A DNA stretch of 64,000 nucleotides from Cyanophora paradoxa CCMP329 (GCA_004431415.1 QPMI01000157.1:1-64000); one strand, 5' to 3'; positions 1 through 11,371 are shown, numbered from the stretch's first letter. Numbers and translations are program-made. Notes: generated by a model not told the origin, from the sequence alone.

Positions 1-3000
1 AAGAAAGGGAGGGGGCGACCTGCGGGAAGCCGTTGCAGACGATCACAAGCGACTTGCGCAGGGGCTTTGCAGCGCCGGTCGTTGCCCTGCGCGAACTTGA
101 AGTTGCGAGCGTAGGCGTCGCCCGAGCGCATCTTGAGCTCCTCCTCCGTGCAGGCCTTCAGGTCAAGGCCCTCCGCCATCATCATGCAGAGCGCCTCCTC
201 GCGCCGTGCTCCGAGAAGGCCGAGCCCCTGGAGGGGCGGTAGACGCAGATGACCCGCGGCGGCAGTAGCACTCGTTCATGATCCCCGTCACCGTCGACTT
301 CCTGCGCTGCGGGGCGTCAGAGAGAAAGGAAAAGGAAAGGAAAGGAAGGGGGCCCGGTGCCAGACTGGCCCTTGATGACGCCGCAGTACTGCAGCTGGCG
401 CCCTCCGCCGGCGCCGTCGAACTCCGCGCGCGGCGCACGGTCGAAGACGGGGCTTGTCGCAGAAGTTGCCACGGCCCGACGGTGTGTTGAAGGCGTAGAG
501 GACCGGCCGCCCGCGTACCCGATCTCGTCCGGCGTCACGTAGCCGTTGTCCGCCAGGTGCTGGGCACCTTGGGCATGTGGGATGAGCATGGAGAGGACGC
601 GCGGGAAAGTCGACGTTCGCCGCCGCCTCCTCGATGCCGTCGGGCAGGCGGCCCTGGATGTAGCAGGTGTTCATGTAGCCCTTGGTACCGCTTCTCCGCC
701 ACACCTCGTGCGTCATGATGAGGACGCAGGCGTCGCCGTTCTTGTCCTGCGGCGTCCGCACACGAAATCTGCGCAAGGGAGGGCATCAGGGGGGTACCGG
801 GGGGGGTAGGGGGTACGGGGCGCACGGGAAGTCGCAGGCGAAGGGGTGGCCCGGGATGACGGGCATCTCGGGGCAGACGTCGTGGAGGAGAGACTTCTCC
901 ACGAATCGGCGGATCTCCCCCGTGAGCACCTCCTTGGAGAAGGTGAACTCGAACAACTCGGGCTTGTCACCGTACGCGCGTGAAAGGCCATCGCCAGCTT
1001 CGAGATCACTCGTCCATCGTTCCGTTGCCGTCGAACTGCGTTGCGGTGACCTTCTCGTAGACGAAGCAGCCCGGCAGCTTCTGCATGAAGACGGGGTCCT
1101 CCCCGGGGGCCATCGGCCGCTTGCGTGCGATTCCCTGCGGGCGCGGGCAAAAAGGGCGTTAGCGGGGCTCGATCCAGGGGAGGGGGGCGCACCGGCCGGA
1201 GGCGGCCAGCGCCTTAAGCAGCTGGGCCACGGCCGCCTCCGGCCTCTAAGGGGGCGGGCGCGCAGTCAAAGGGGCGCACCGACGCAGGGATCCAGGCGCG
1301 CAGCGAGTCCTGGATGGCGGCCTTCTTGCGCGCCATGTTGTCGTCCTTGTGCGTCGTCACTCGGTCGTACCGACGCGTGTCGATCGACGGCGCCGGGATG
1401 ACCGTCGCCGCCAGCTCCACCCGCGCCAGCTCCAGCTTGTTCGCGCGCGGCGGCTCGTCGTCGCTCGCCGTCTGCAGGCCCTCGTCGTAGTCCTCCTCCG
1501 CCCCCGCCTCCCGCCGCTGCCGCTGCCGCTCCTGCCGCTCGCGATCCTTGCGCTGCTGGGCCCGGCGGGAGCGGGGCGCGGAGCGGGGGGCCGGAAGGGC
1601 AGGAGGGGCCAGAGGGGCCGGAGGGGCCGGAGGGGGCATGTGGGCGCGGGGCGTGCCGGCGACCGAGGGGGTGGCCGGCGGCGGGAGCTGTGAGAGGCGC
1701 ACCGGGCTGAACTCCCTGAACGCCGAGGGGTTGCCGCTCGGGCGCCAGGAGACGTCGGAGGCGGCGGGGCTGGCGGGCGGACGGGGGCGGCGGGCGGCGG
1801 GGGAGACGAGGGGCGGCCTGGGCCAGCGTCGCGGGCTCGTCGTCCGAGAACTCCTCCACGGGCGGCGGCGGGGCGTACTCGAGGGAGGGGGAGGGCGGGA
1901 GGGGGTAGAACTCGTCGATGGGGGGCTCGGGGACGAAGTCCTCCGGCCCGGGGGCGGGAGGCGCGGCGTGCCGGGGGCGGGGCGCGGGGCGGGGCGCTCC
2001 GCCGGCTCCTCCTTCACCAGCGCCGCCAGCTCGGCGTCGGGCTCGCCCTCGCGCTCACGCTCGCGCTCCAGCTCCATCGCGTACTCCTCCGCCACCTCCA
2101 GCTCGCGCGCCGCCTTCGCGTCCGCGGCCGCCGCCAGCGCGACCTCCTCCTCCATCTCGCGCTCGGCCTCCAGCTCCTCCTCTGAGGGCAGGGTCATTCC
2201 TAGGCGCCGCTGGAATGCCCTAGGCTCAGAAATTAGGGGCGGGGAGGGCGCACCGGCCGCCTCGGGGGCCGCCGCCTCCATCTCCTCGCCGAGATCGCGC
2301 CGCGCCGCCGGGGCACCCGCCTCCTCCTCCTCGAACCGCAGGTCGATGTAGGCGGCCTTGCCCTTGCCCTTGCCCTTCGCCTGGGCCTGGGCCTGGGCCA
2401 CGCGCATGGCGCGCGCGAGGCCCTCCGCCGTGATCATGCTGCCGCCGGCCCGGGCGCCCGAGGCGGAGGCCGTCGCCTCGCCGATCGCCGCCTGGAAGGC
2501 CGCGGCCATCGCCTGGCCGGCGCGCGGCAGCTCCCGCCCGCTCCAGCTCCTCCTCCGTGAAGTCCAGCGCCCGGGCCGCGGCGGCGGCCTCGGCCTCGCG
2601 CTCCGCCTCGGAATCCGAGTCGGAATCCGAGGACTCCGCGGCCGCGAGCATGGGCGGGGGCGGGAGGCGGCGGCGGCGGCGGCGGCGGCCGCCTTGTCGA
2701 AGACGGGGACGAAGAAGGTGAGGGCGAGGGTGCGCCGCGGCACCACGTACTTCACGGCGCCGTGGATCATGGCCGCCCGTGCGAGTCCGGCATCGAGCAC
2801 CGGCGGATGACCTGCGAGGGGTTTAAATGGCATCTAAATAGTCTAAATAGCATCTAAATAGCATCCAAATAGAAACGGCTGGAAAACGGCGCACCTGCAC
2901 GCGGTCGCCGATGGTGACGCCGGGCACTCGAACTCAGGAACCAGGTCGAAGGCGCAGATGCCCTGGCGCCCGTGCGGTCCCGGCACGTCCGGCAGGCCGC

Positions 3001-3900
3001 CTCAGCACGATGCGGATGGCGTAGGCGTCGGTGAGGACGCCGGTGTCCGGCCGCTCGCCCAGACCGCCGAGCTCTCGTGGCGCGTGATGAACGCGCGGCT
3101 GTTCCGCATGATGCAGCGCGCCTCGACGCCCATGATGCCCTTCGCCAGCCTCTGCGGGCCGGCGGGGTCGGCGGGGAGGGGCGGCCGCGGCTGCACGGGC
3201 GGCCGGGGGCGCACCTCGGGCGTGTAGGCCGGGTCCGAGCTGAGCACCAGCAAGCCAGAGCAGGTGCGGGGCCGCCTCCGCCATGCGGTTGAAGTAGAAC
3301 TCCTCCGGGCCCGCCAGCAGGCCAATCGTGCGCCACTCGCCCTTGGCGATGTGCCGGGCACGGCGCCCATGAGCAGCCGCAGGCGCTGCGCCGCGAACAG
3401 CCGGCGGGCGTCGGCATCGCGCCCGGGCTTCGGCTTGCTCGGCGTGTCGAAGTTCTCTCTCCGTCATGTTCAGCGCCGCGTGCATCGCCCGCACGTCCGC
3501 GTCCTGCGAGCGCGGCGGCGCCTCAGCCGCTGCGAGCGAGCGCGCGAGGGAGAAAGAGGCAGCGAGCACCTCCGCGAGCCGCAGCCGCGACAGGACGGAG
3601 TCGATGGAGAACTGCACCGACGGGCCGGGGGCACCCTCGGCGTTCAAAGTCCGCGCCGCGGCCAGCTTGCGCTTGCGCTCGGCCAGCTCGGTTCTTGCGC
3701 AGCACATCCTTGCTGTTCGGGCTGAACTGCAATGCCATCCTCCAGCGCACGCGCCTGCGCCTCCTTCGCCTGGTCGCTGATACCGGCCTCGAACACCGTC
3801 CAATCGACGCCGAAGCTGTCGCCGATGCAGAGAACGTCGTACAGCGATGTTCTTTCGCCAGCTTAGCCGGGATCTCCGGAGGGAGCGCGAGCCGAGACAT
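1..3900 (-). CDS. Large multi-exon gene of unknown function, with several frameshifts; runs off the window start; could be two genes or a pseudogene
   Basis: Protein-like segments separated by short introns: MSRLALPPEIPAKLAKEHRC; HIAKGEWRTIGLLAGPEEFYFNRMAEA; GAVKYVVPRRTLALTFFVPVFDK; an acidic linker; KPELFEFTFSKEVLTGEIRRFVEK; DKNGDACVLIMTHEVWRRSGTKGYMNTCYIQG. Frame shifts are needed to join them. No domain recognised. Confidence 0.4.
2822..2872. repeat. AT-rich minisatellite, ~5 degenerate copies of CATCTAAATAG, in a probable intron
   Basis: tttaaatgg catctaaatag tctaaatag catctaaatag catccaaatag. Confidence 0.8.
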
Positions 3901-4206
3901 GCTGCTGCGCCGATGCTGCCGCCGGTGCTGCGCGCGCTCTGCTGGGAGTGCTGCCGCGCGCTGCGAAGGTTCTGGCGCCAAGGTTCCAGCCGATTTGAAC
4001 GAGCGGCCTGCATTGCATCGCCGGACTGGGCAGTTCAAAAAAAGCGAGAAACCGACCGGGGTTCGAGCCCAAGGGGGTACGCATTTTGAGGGGGGGAGAA
4101 GCGGGCTTCAAGTCTGAGTCTTTCGCGAGTTGGGGAGGGAACAAGCCAGCGGGGGTACGGACGTTGAACGGAATCCGTTGAGACATCGCGGGCAGTAACA
4201 CTCGCG

Positions 4207-6976
4207 ATGCAGGCGGCGACCTTCCGCTCCTGCGCGAAGCAGCAGCAGCCCGGCGAGCAGGACAGCATAGCCCGCGATCTCGGCAGCCTGTCAGCGGAGG
4301 AGGCGCTCAACGCGATGACCTGCGATAGCGGTTTCAACTCGGCCGGCGTGCCGCGCTTCGAGCCGTTCGGCGGGCTGAAGAAGATCCAGAACACGGACGG
4401 CCACCCGAAGCGCTTGAAGACCAGGGGCCAGTTCACGCCGGTGAATAAGTTCAACGAGGTTCGCGGTTTCGCCCGCGCCGCTTCGGCCCCGGCTCACATG
4501 CCCCGGCTCGCGTGCCCCGCGCGCAGATCGTGCCTTACAGCATTCACGAGCTGCCGGAGCATGTGAAGGCGAAGTACGGCTTCACGCACGGCGATGTGGC
4601 GCTGTTGCTGATGTCCGACAATGCGGCGGCGGGCTGCTTCAACAGCATCGCGCTCCATCGCGATTTCCATCCGCGCGCGATCTTCTCCGGCACTCCGGAG
4701 CAGAGGGAGTTCCTCGCGGACCTCAAATCCGGCAGCGGCGGCGCCCACGGGGTGAGGGCCCTTCCCTGCGCTCGCGTGCCCGCGCTTGCTCACGCCCGGG
4801 CCGCCGCAGCTCTTGATCGCGCGGGATCAGTGCCTGGCGTCGGTGACGGAGAAGGAGAAGGCCAGCCCGTCCGGCCTCGGCGTTCGGTGCGATTACGTCA
4901 TCGTCACCAAGCGCATCAACCCGACGTACGCCAAGAAGTACGACCTCAACTTCGTCTACGTGAAGGAGGGGCCACCGGCCTCGCAGTACACCGTCACCGT
5001 CCAGGCCGGCATCTGCGCCGGCGAGACCATCCAAGGCGCGTACCACGGCGTCGGCACGCTCCCGTCCGGCGGCTTCTTCGACGTCGTTGATCACATGTTC
5101 CTCTCCTGCGCCGATGACATTTACGTGCGCGAGAGCCCGCCCTTTCCCCTTTCCCCTGCCCCTGCGCGCGCTAAGGTCGCGTCCGCAGGTCGGAGAGAAC
5201 CCGAGCGCGGAGAGCCCGCTGGGCTACGCGTACTGGCTGGTCAGCGTGCAGAAGGTGCTCTCCTGCGCGGCCCTTCTGAAGTACGCCAGCGTCTGCGACT
5301 CCGGCATGCGGCCCCAGCTCCAGCTTCTCGTGGATCAGGGCCGGAGCGACGAGACCCGCCAGCGCCACCGCGATCTCGCGCGGACGGCCGTGCTGAAGCT
5401 GGAGGAGGTTCTGCGCGAGGGCCACCCAAACGGGCCGGCCCGCGCCCGTGAGATCCTCTCGGCGGCCATCTCCGTGATCGTCGGCGAGCTCTCGCACACG
5501 GTCCGCCGCCGCCCCGCTTAGCCCGCCTCTCCTCCCTGACCCCGGGCCCTCGGAGCGCAGGAGGAGTCGGACGTTCTCACGGCGCGGGCGGACGAGTTCC
5601 AGCGCCAGGCGGAGAAGATCAAGTGCTGGTACGAGAAGGTGAAGAAGGCGGAGGAGACGGACCTGCGCGACTGGGGCAGCAAGAGCGGCGACGCCGAATT
5701 CGACCGCGACAAGCTCAAGCGCGTCTTCTACTGGATGCGCATCTGCGCCAAGCTGGAGGCGCTGATGGACGAGTGGCACATCGAGGGCGTCCGTCTGGCG
5801 AAGGTGATGATCGCCATGGAGTGGGGCCACGGCCACCCGGCGCGCAAGGAGTGCAGCATGCTGGCCAAGGAGATCGGCCGCCGGGGCCGCTACATCAAGG
5901 AGGTGGCCTACGGCATCGAATGTGCGTCCGCCCCGCCCTTGGCCTGCGCCCCGCGCTCTCCCCGCTCACCCCCTCTCCCGCAGTTACCATCCCGCTCGTC
6001 CAATTCTTCCAGCGCGAGTTTGTGCTGATCCAGGCCTCCATCATCAAGATCGGGTCGCTCTCCGCCAAGGAGGTGGACGAGGCAAGGGACGAGGGCCAGG
6101 CGGAGGCGGAGGCGCGCTGGGACGATGCGGCGTTCAGCGCCGTCTGGGGCGTCGGGGACAACGCGCTCTCGCCCCCGCCCCGTTCGGCTTCAGCGGGCGG
6201 CCCGCGCTGGCGTTCGACGAGCACGGCCTCCCCGAGCTGGCGGAGGCGGACGCCGTCGGCTTCAACTGGGCGACGTTCGAGGCCCGCATCGACGAGAAGG
6301 CGAAGGAGGCGCAGATGCGGCTGCTGGAGGAGGGCCTCGTCCCGGCGCCGGTGCCCGCGCCCTTCCCCCTTCCTCTCCTCCTCGGCCCCTCTCACCGCCT
6401 CCTCCAGCCCCCGGCGTCCTCGGCTCCGGCGCCCTTGGCTCCGGCCCTCTGCCCCACCTACGGAGAGAGGTGCGCCCACGGCGCCGATTGCGCCCTCAAC
6501 GGCTCCCACCTCCTGCCCGCCAAGAAGGCCCGCCTCGGCCTCTTCTCACCCCACCCTCTCAGCCCGGTGAGTGACTCTGAATCGGAGGGCTCGGAGGCCT
6601 ATAGCACGCCCCGCGACCCCGACGCCCCGCCCCACAAGGCCGGCGCCTTCGGCTTCTGTGAGTGACGCCCCCGCGCAGGCCCTGCCGACGCCGCCCGTCG
6701 CCAACCGCACCGTCTTCGTCCAGGTGAGTGCCAGGGCTGCCGCGAGTGGCGGCTCGAGAACTTCTCGGCTCAGGTCCCCGCCACGCAGCAGGCCGGCGCG
6801 ATCCCGGCCTCGCCGCCCGTGACCGTCGACGTCGAGGGCGGTATGTTCGAGATGGAGCTGGAGCCGGCGCCCTCGCAGGCCCTCGCCACCCAGGGCTCGG
6901 CCCGGGCTCGCCGCCGCCGTCCCAGCCCTCCCTCCCGCTGGTGCACGCCAACTCCAACATCTTCGAGGGCTGCTGA
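4207..6976 (+). CDS. Multi-exon unknown protein with a CCCH-like motif near the C-terminus
   Basis: Exons join via short introns: MQAATFRSC...NKFNE / IVPYSIHELPEH... / LLIARDQCL...DDIY / VGENPSAES... / ...KIKCWYEKVKK...YGIEC / ...LCPTYGERCAHGADCALNGSH... / ...NSNIFEGC*. About two single-base shifts. Confidence 0.6.
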
Positions 6977-7173
6977 GGGCCCTGAAACGGTGCGCGCAGG
7001 CCCGTCCCGCCCTCCCAGAGCAAGTGGTCCACAACGCCATAGTGGACGCCATGTGGGATAACAGGGGCCGCCTCCCCCACCCTTCCGCTACGTCTCTATG
7101 GCCCTCCGCGGCCTCGCCTTCCCGCCCCCTGCACCGAGCAGCTCAACCAAATCCTGCGCGGTCTGATTCATTA

Positions 7174-7356
7174 CAGACTCGCCTACCCGGCCTGGGCCTG
7201 AGCTACACCAAGCTACGGTGAGTCCGACCAAGCCCTGTCCCGGTCCCGGGAAAATTTATATTAAGATTCCAAAGACCTGGGACAGAAGTAGTCTGACCAA
7301 GAGACGTGTCCGGACCCTCCCAATAATCATATAGAGTATTGGAAAGGTCCGGACAC
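7174..7356 (-). terminator. Three tandem 51-53 nt stem-loops directly 3' of the YqaJ stop (terminator or structured ncRNA)
   Basis: 7306-7356: on the minus strand a 20-bp stem GTGTCCGGACCTTTCCAATA/TATTGGGAGGGTCCGGACAC, fully paired with two G-U pairs, 11-nt loop. Similar but less perfect hairpins at 7235-7285 and 7174-7226. Confidence 0.6.
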
Positions 7357-8021
7357 TAGAGGAGGGCGTACGACTTAAACTCGCGCAGCGCCGCCTGCTC
7401 CTCGCTGAGGTTCTCTGACTTCATTCGATCGCTGTAGGGCTCGGGCGGCGTGCCCTCCTTGACGTGCATCCAAAATAGATGTAAGCACTTCCTCATGAGC
7501 TTGATGTACCTCTCGTCCCGTCTGACGTACCACGTTTGCACGCGCAGAGGAGTGAAGCAAAAAAGTTCGGCCCACTCGCGGCCCGTTATGTCCAGCAGGC
7601 CCTGGAGCTGGGGCATGTAATAAGTTGGGACCTTTTCGTAGAGTTCTTGTTTGTAGGGGCATTTTATTTCAAGTATACGATCGCTTCCAATCAGCCCGTC
7701 CGGGCTGCCCGCCAGGAAGGGCAGTTCCTTATGTTCGTGCAATCCAGTATGTTGCACGTCCACGTTGTTGTTCGACGTTTTGTAGAGAGAGACCGCGAAG
7801 GGCTCATAGTCATGCCCGTAGGTTAGCGCAGGGTTGTCGAAGTTGTTTTCCTCCGCTATGCCGCTTAGCTCCGCCCAGAGGCGGGCCCTGGATTTCCAGG
7901 GATTTATGCCGCACGCAGCCGCAAAGTTCGAGGCAGTTAGCTTTTCGCGGCGCGCCGCGTGCCACGCCGCGCTCCCCTGTTGCAAGTTCTCGCAAGTCTC
8001 GCAATCTGTATCGGTATGCAT
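7356..8021 (-). CDS. YqaJ-like viral recombinase / lambda-exonuclease family nuclease, intronless
   Basis: Motifs QGSAAWHAARREKLTASNF, GHDYEP, SPDG, LEIKCPY, YYMPQLQG, typical of YqaJ PD-(D/E)xK nucleases. Confidence 0.92.
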   Translation of the reverse strand: MHTDTDCETCENLQQGSAAWHAARREKLTASNFAAACGINPWKSRARLWAELSGIAEENNFDNPALTYGHDYEPFAVSLYKTSNNNVDVQHTGLHEHKELPFLAGSPDGLIGSDRILEIKCPYKQELYEKVPTYYMPQLQGLLDITGREWAELFCFTPLRVQTWYVRRDERYIKLMRKCLHLFWMHVKEGTPPEPYSDRMKSENLSEEQAALREFKSYALL

Positions 8022-8043
8022 GACTTGGTCTCGCAGTAGCGTT

Positions 8044-8053
8044 TAGAATTTCT
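8044..8053. promoter_or_regulatory. Near-palindromic TAGAAWTTCT motif, putative bidirectional promoter element (second copy at 8781-8790)
   Basis: TAGAATTTCT lies 18 nt before ATG 8072 and TAGAAATTCT 17 nt before ATG 8808. The first reads AGAAATTCT on the minus strand, ~23 nt before the YqaJ ATG. Confidence 0.45.
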
Positions 8054-8071
8054 TGATGTGTGCAATTGCAA

Positions 8072-8770
8072 ATGTCGGATGCAGAGGAAGCGCCCAAGGA
8101 CGTGATCGCACAGTTCATAGATCAGGTCAAGGACCTTAGACGCTGGGTGGTAGAGCAGGCCTCGCGACCGAATCGACAGCGCCAACCCTGGCCGGTGCTG
8201 GAGCTGGCCCGGGCAGGGTGGCTGGACAGCCATTACAACTATGGCGGGGCCTCATACGTCCGGAGCCACGACGAGGGCAGGATTATCGACGAGTTCAAGC
8301 GCATCTGGTTCGCCCTGGGCTCCAAGCTCAGCATACTCTCGACCCTCCCGGACCACATTCGCATGCAAATCCTCGAGCGGTACGCGAAGGCAAGGGACTC
8401 GGAATGGGACGACGTAAATTTGCGCGACCTCTCGCGCTTGCGCTCGGCTGTGACGGCGTACGTCACGAACTATGAGTATCACACCAAAAAGCCCCAATTC
8501 GAAGTTGAGCCGATTCCGGCAAATCTGGTACCCCTGGGCTGGGAAGAGTACCCCGAGTACTCGTGGAACAGGGGCCTCAACCCCCGGCGCCAGGCCCTGC
8601 CAGCCCCGCCCGCCCCACCGATAAACGCCCCCGCCCCACGTGACGTCGGGCGAGACATACGCGAATGGGAGGAGTGGAGCAACGACCCGAAGAACTGGCT
8701 ACCCGAGGAGGCGGAGATGCGCAAGCGCGCGAGGCTGATGCCCGGCTACAAGTACCCCGACCGCGAGTAG
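8072..8770 (+). CDS. Intronless orphan protein (~232 aa, Trp/Tyr-rich)
   Basis: Uninterrupted protein-like ORF from ATG 8072, 50 bp from the divergent YqaJ ATG; no domain recognised. Confidence 0.75.
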   Translation: MSDAEEAPKDVIAQFIDQVKDLRRWVVEQASRPNRQRQPWPVLELARAGWLDSHYNYGGASYVRSHDEGRIIDEFKRIWFALGSKLSILSTLPDHIRMQILERYAKARDSEWDDVNLRDLSRLRSAVTAYVTNYEYHTKKPQFEVEPIPANLVPLGWEEYPEYSWNRGLNPRRQALPAPPAPPINAPAPRDVGRDIREWEEWSNDPKNWLPEEAEMRKRARLMPGYKYPDRE

Positions 8771-8807
8771 GGGGTACAGGTAGAAATTCTCAGCGAGCCG
8801 CGAGCGA

Positions 8808-9523
8808 ATGTCGTACGGCGATCAGGAAGCATGGTTCAAGCTACACCGCCTCTTTCCTGATAAATTCGGCAATGCGCGCTACCCCCTCAACCTAATGACG
8901 CGAGTCAACCGGCGGACGAGGGACTTCAAAATCGAAGTGTTCTCTTCCTCTCCCGAGAGCGGCCGCTCCGCGGACAACGACGCTATGGCATGGCTGTACG
9001 GCTTTGTGCAGCCTCGGGTTGGTACTAGCCCGGCCACAGTCGAAATAGAGAGCTACTACAACGATTACGGGCCGCAGGGGGGGTACGGGACGCCCGAGCA
9101 GAATAACGCGATGCGGGGGTAGGCAAAATCATGCTGCGGGCGGCTGTGAACGCGCTGCAACGCTCCGGGCTCATTAGCTCGTCGGACCCGGGCCAGCACC
9201 CGTTGGAGCTCAGGGCCCTCCCAGACGCAGTGGATTACTACCAAAGGGAATTGAACCTGCGTGAGAGACAGGTCGACTATAGGCCGTCCCTAATACCCAT
9301 GGAGGGTACAGTGCAGAACATCATCGACAACACGTACAACGTGGCCGTTCGCTGGCGCAAAGCGGCGGCGGATCTCGTAAAGGGCAACTACAGGGACCTC
9401 GCAAACGAAGACAACCCCGTGGGGGAGTACATGGAGCTGGCAAGCGGGAGCATCGTACCCCGCCGGAGGCCCCCATGGCCCCACCCCGACCTCGAGTGGG
9501 GACCGTCGCACTTCGGCCAGTGA
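8808..9523 (+). CDS. GNAT-like acetyltransferase split by a 1-nt deletion in a G run (sequencing error or pseudogene)
   Basis: Adding one G to atgcgggggtaggc (~9111-9124) fuses ORFs 8808-9122 and 9131-9523 into ...MRGVGKIMLRAAVNAL (motif A-like) followed by LELRALPDAVDYYQR (motif B-like). Confidence 0.6.
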
Positions 9524-10925
9524 GGGGGTACAGCATTCAGTTAGAGTCTGAGCATAGTTAGAGGCCGGAGGCCCCGAGGGGTACGTCGGACGTGTTAGTC
9601 CCCGTGCCTCCCCGAATGCAATATAACAATGCAACCTCCGCAACGCGTGACTCATCAACCTCCGAGGGTTAACAATACATTGACAGCGAAGGGGCAAGCT
9701 CGAGAGCTCAACGCTTCACAAAGGCCCACTTATATACCTAGGGGCCTGCAGCTGCCGCAGTGCATCTGATTTCGCCGTGCAGATAACCCCGAATTATGAC
9801 GCGTGCGTGTATATACTGGCGCGCGCGCGGCGCGCATGCGCGGCGTGCACGTGCTTCGAAAATTCCTTCGACTCATGCATGGAATCCGACCCGAGACGAG
9901 ACGACGACGAACCTTGAAGCTCTGATGCTCGCTGTGCAACGGACATGCCGCCCGAAAATACTACTGATGGTGACTTACACACCACTCGTGCACGCGGTTA
10001 GCGGACTAGCTGGGGCGAGGGCTGCTGGGGCCTTCGCCCCGAAGGAACTGACGGGCTGGGGCGGCTAACAAGGGTCTAGGCCCGGGCCGCGGGGGCGGCC
10101 GCACCGGACGCGGCGGCGGCCGAGGCCTTGCGGGTGGCCTCCTTGCACGCGGCCTGCAAGAGGTCAGGGGGGTGCAGGCGCCGGCCAGGAGGGGCGGGCG
10201 CCTTGTGCATGGACCAGTGCGACCGGCGGCACGCCTCGCCGCAGTACTGCACCTGCCCGCACCCCGAGCAGCTGCGGCTTTTTCAGAGAGGAGGACCTGG
10301 AGGAGAAGGCGGCGGTGCGGGACGCGTTTGAAGGCATTGCCTTCATATAATGGGAAAGGATCAATTTAGTTTTAGTTTTTCGCCAATGGAATGAGAAGAA
10401 GGGAGGCGGGGCGCACGCTGCGAGGTCGCCGGCGGCGCGGCCGCAGGCGCGGCAGGAGGCGGCGTTCAAGGGCGGCTGGTTCTCCGAGCTGCGCGCCGGC
10501 GCCGCCGGCGCGGGGGCCTTCTTCTTCTTCGCGGGGCGGGTCTCCTTGCGGGCGGACTGCGGGGCGTCAAACCAGGAGATTTAGAGGGACTGGAAGGGGT
10601 GCGGGGCTTGCCGGGGCCGGCGCGGGGGGCGCCTCCTCCCTCTCCTCCACCTCCTCCTCCTCCGCCGGGCCGGATCAGTCGGGGGGAAGGGCGCCTTCGA
10701 CACCCCCTTGAAGCCGCAGCAGTGGCACCCGAACTCGCCGATGACCTGCCGGGGGGGGGGGTCCTCACCTGCCCCAGCGCGGTGGCGACGGAGGCGCGCA
10801 CCGCTGCGGAAGCACGCATCGCAGCGACGGTCAGCGAGGCCCTCGAAGGCGCGCAGAAGCGATCAGTGCCACACGCGCTCTCCAGATCCCTGAAGGTCAC
10901 GAGAGTGAACGACCCGACATCACGG

Positions 10926-11368
10926 TGTCGCGGGCGAAATCTTAGGCGGCTGCAGCCTTAGAGAATTTGCCGTTCGTAGAGACCCGGGTTCAATTCCGGC
11001 AGTTCGCTTCGGCGTACTTAGAGACTCGGGCTCGAATCCAGCGGCTCGCTTTTCATATGTCTGAGCCGTCTGACCGGATCATATGATCTGATCATGAGAG
11101 CTTCGGACGACAGCGTGAGGGCTTCAAGAGCCCGGCGCGTGCGTGTTTAGAGGGATTTTGTTATTCCCGGAGATCGGCCTAGTAGAGAGGCTAGAGTAGT
11201 GAAACTCTGTCGGATCACATCTACGAGTACTGTCATACTGCTGAACATGCATCACGCTGGCCTGGGGCCGGTCTCGCACTCACTGCAAGTCAGAGTCACT
11301 CCATAATCTGTTGTCTAGAATCCCGTGCCACCCCTAGGGCACCGGAATGGGGGATTTCTAGCTCAACA
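10926..11368 (+). repeat. 5' LTR (443 bp)
   Basis: Differs from the 3' LTR by 3 substitutions and one 5-bp indel (by-eye count). Confidence 0.95.
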
Positions 11369-11371
11369 TCT

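Noticed and set aside
7174-7356. Integron attC cassette sites
   Set aside because: No RYYYAAC/GTTRRRY boxes, no integrase, and the hairpins do not separate the ORFs.
9111-9131. Programmed ribosomal frameshift in the GNAT gene
   Set aside because: No canonical slippery heptamer; homopolymer indels are common throughout this assembly.
9640-9660. Hammerhead ribozyme core (minus strand TTGATGAGTC)
   Set aside because: Core is not CUGANGA and no stem II plus GAAA follows.
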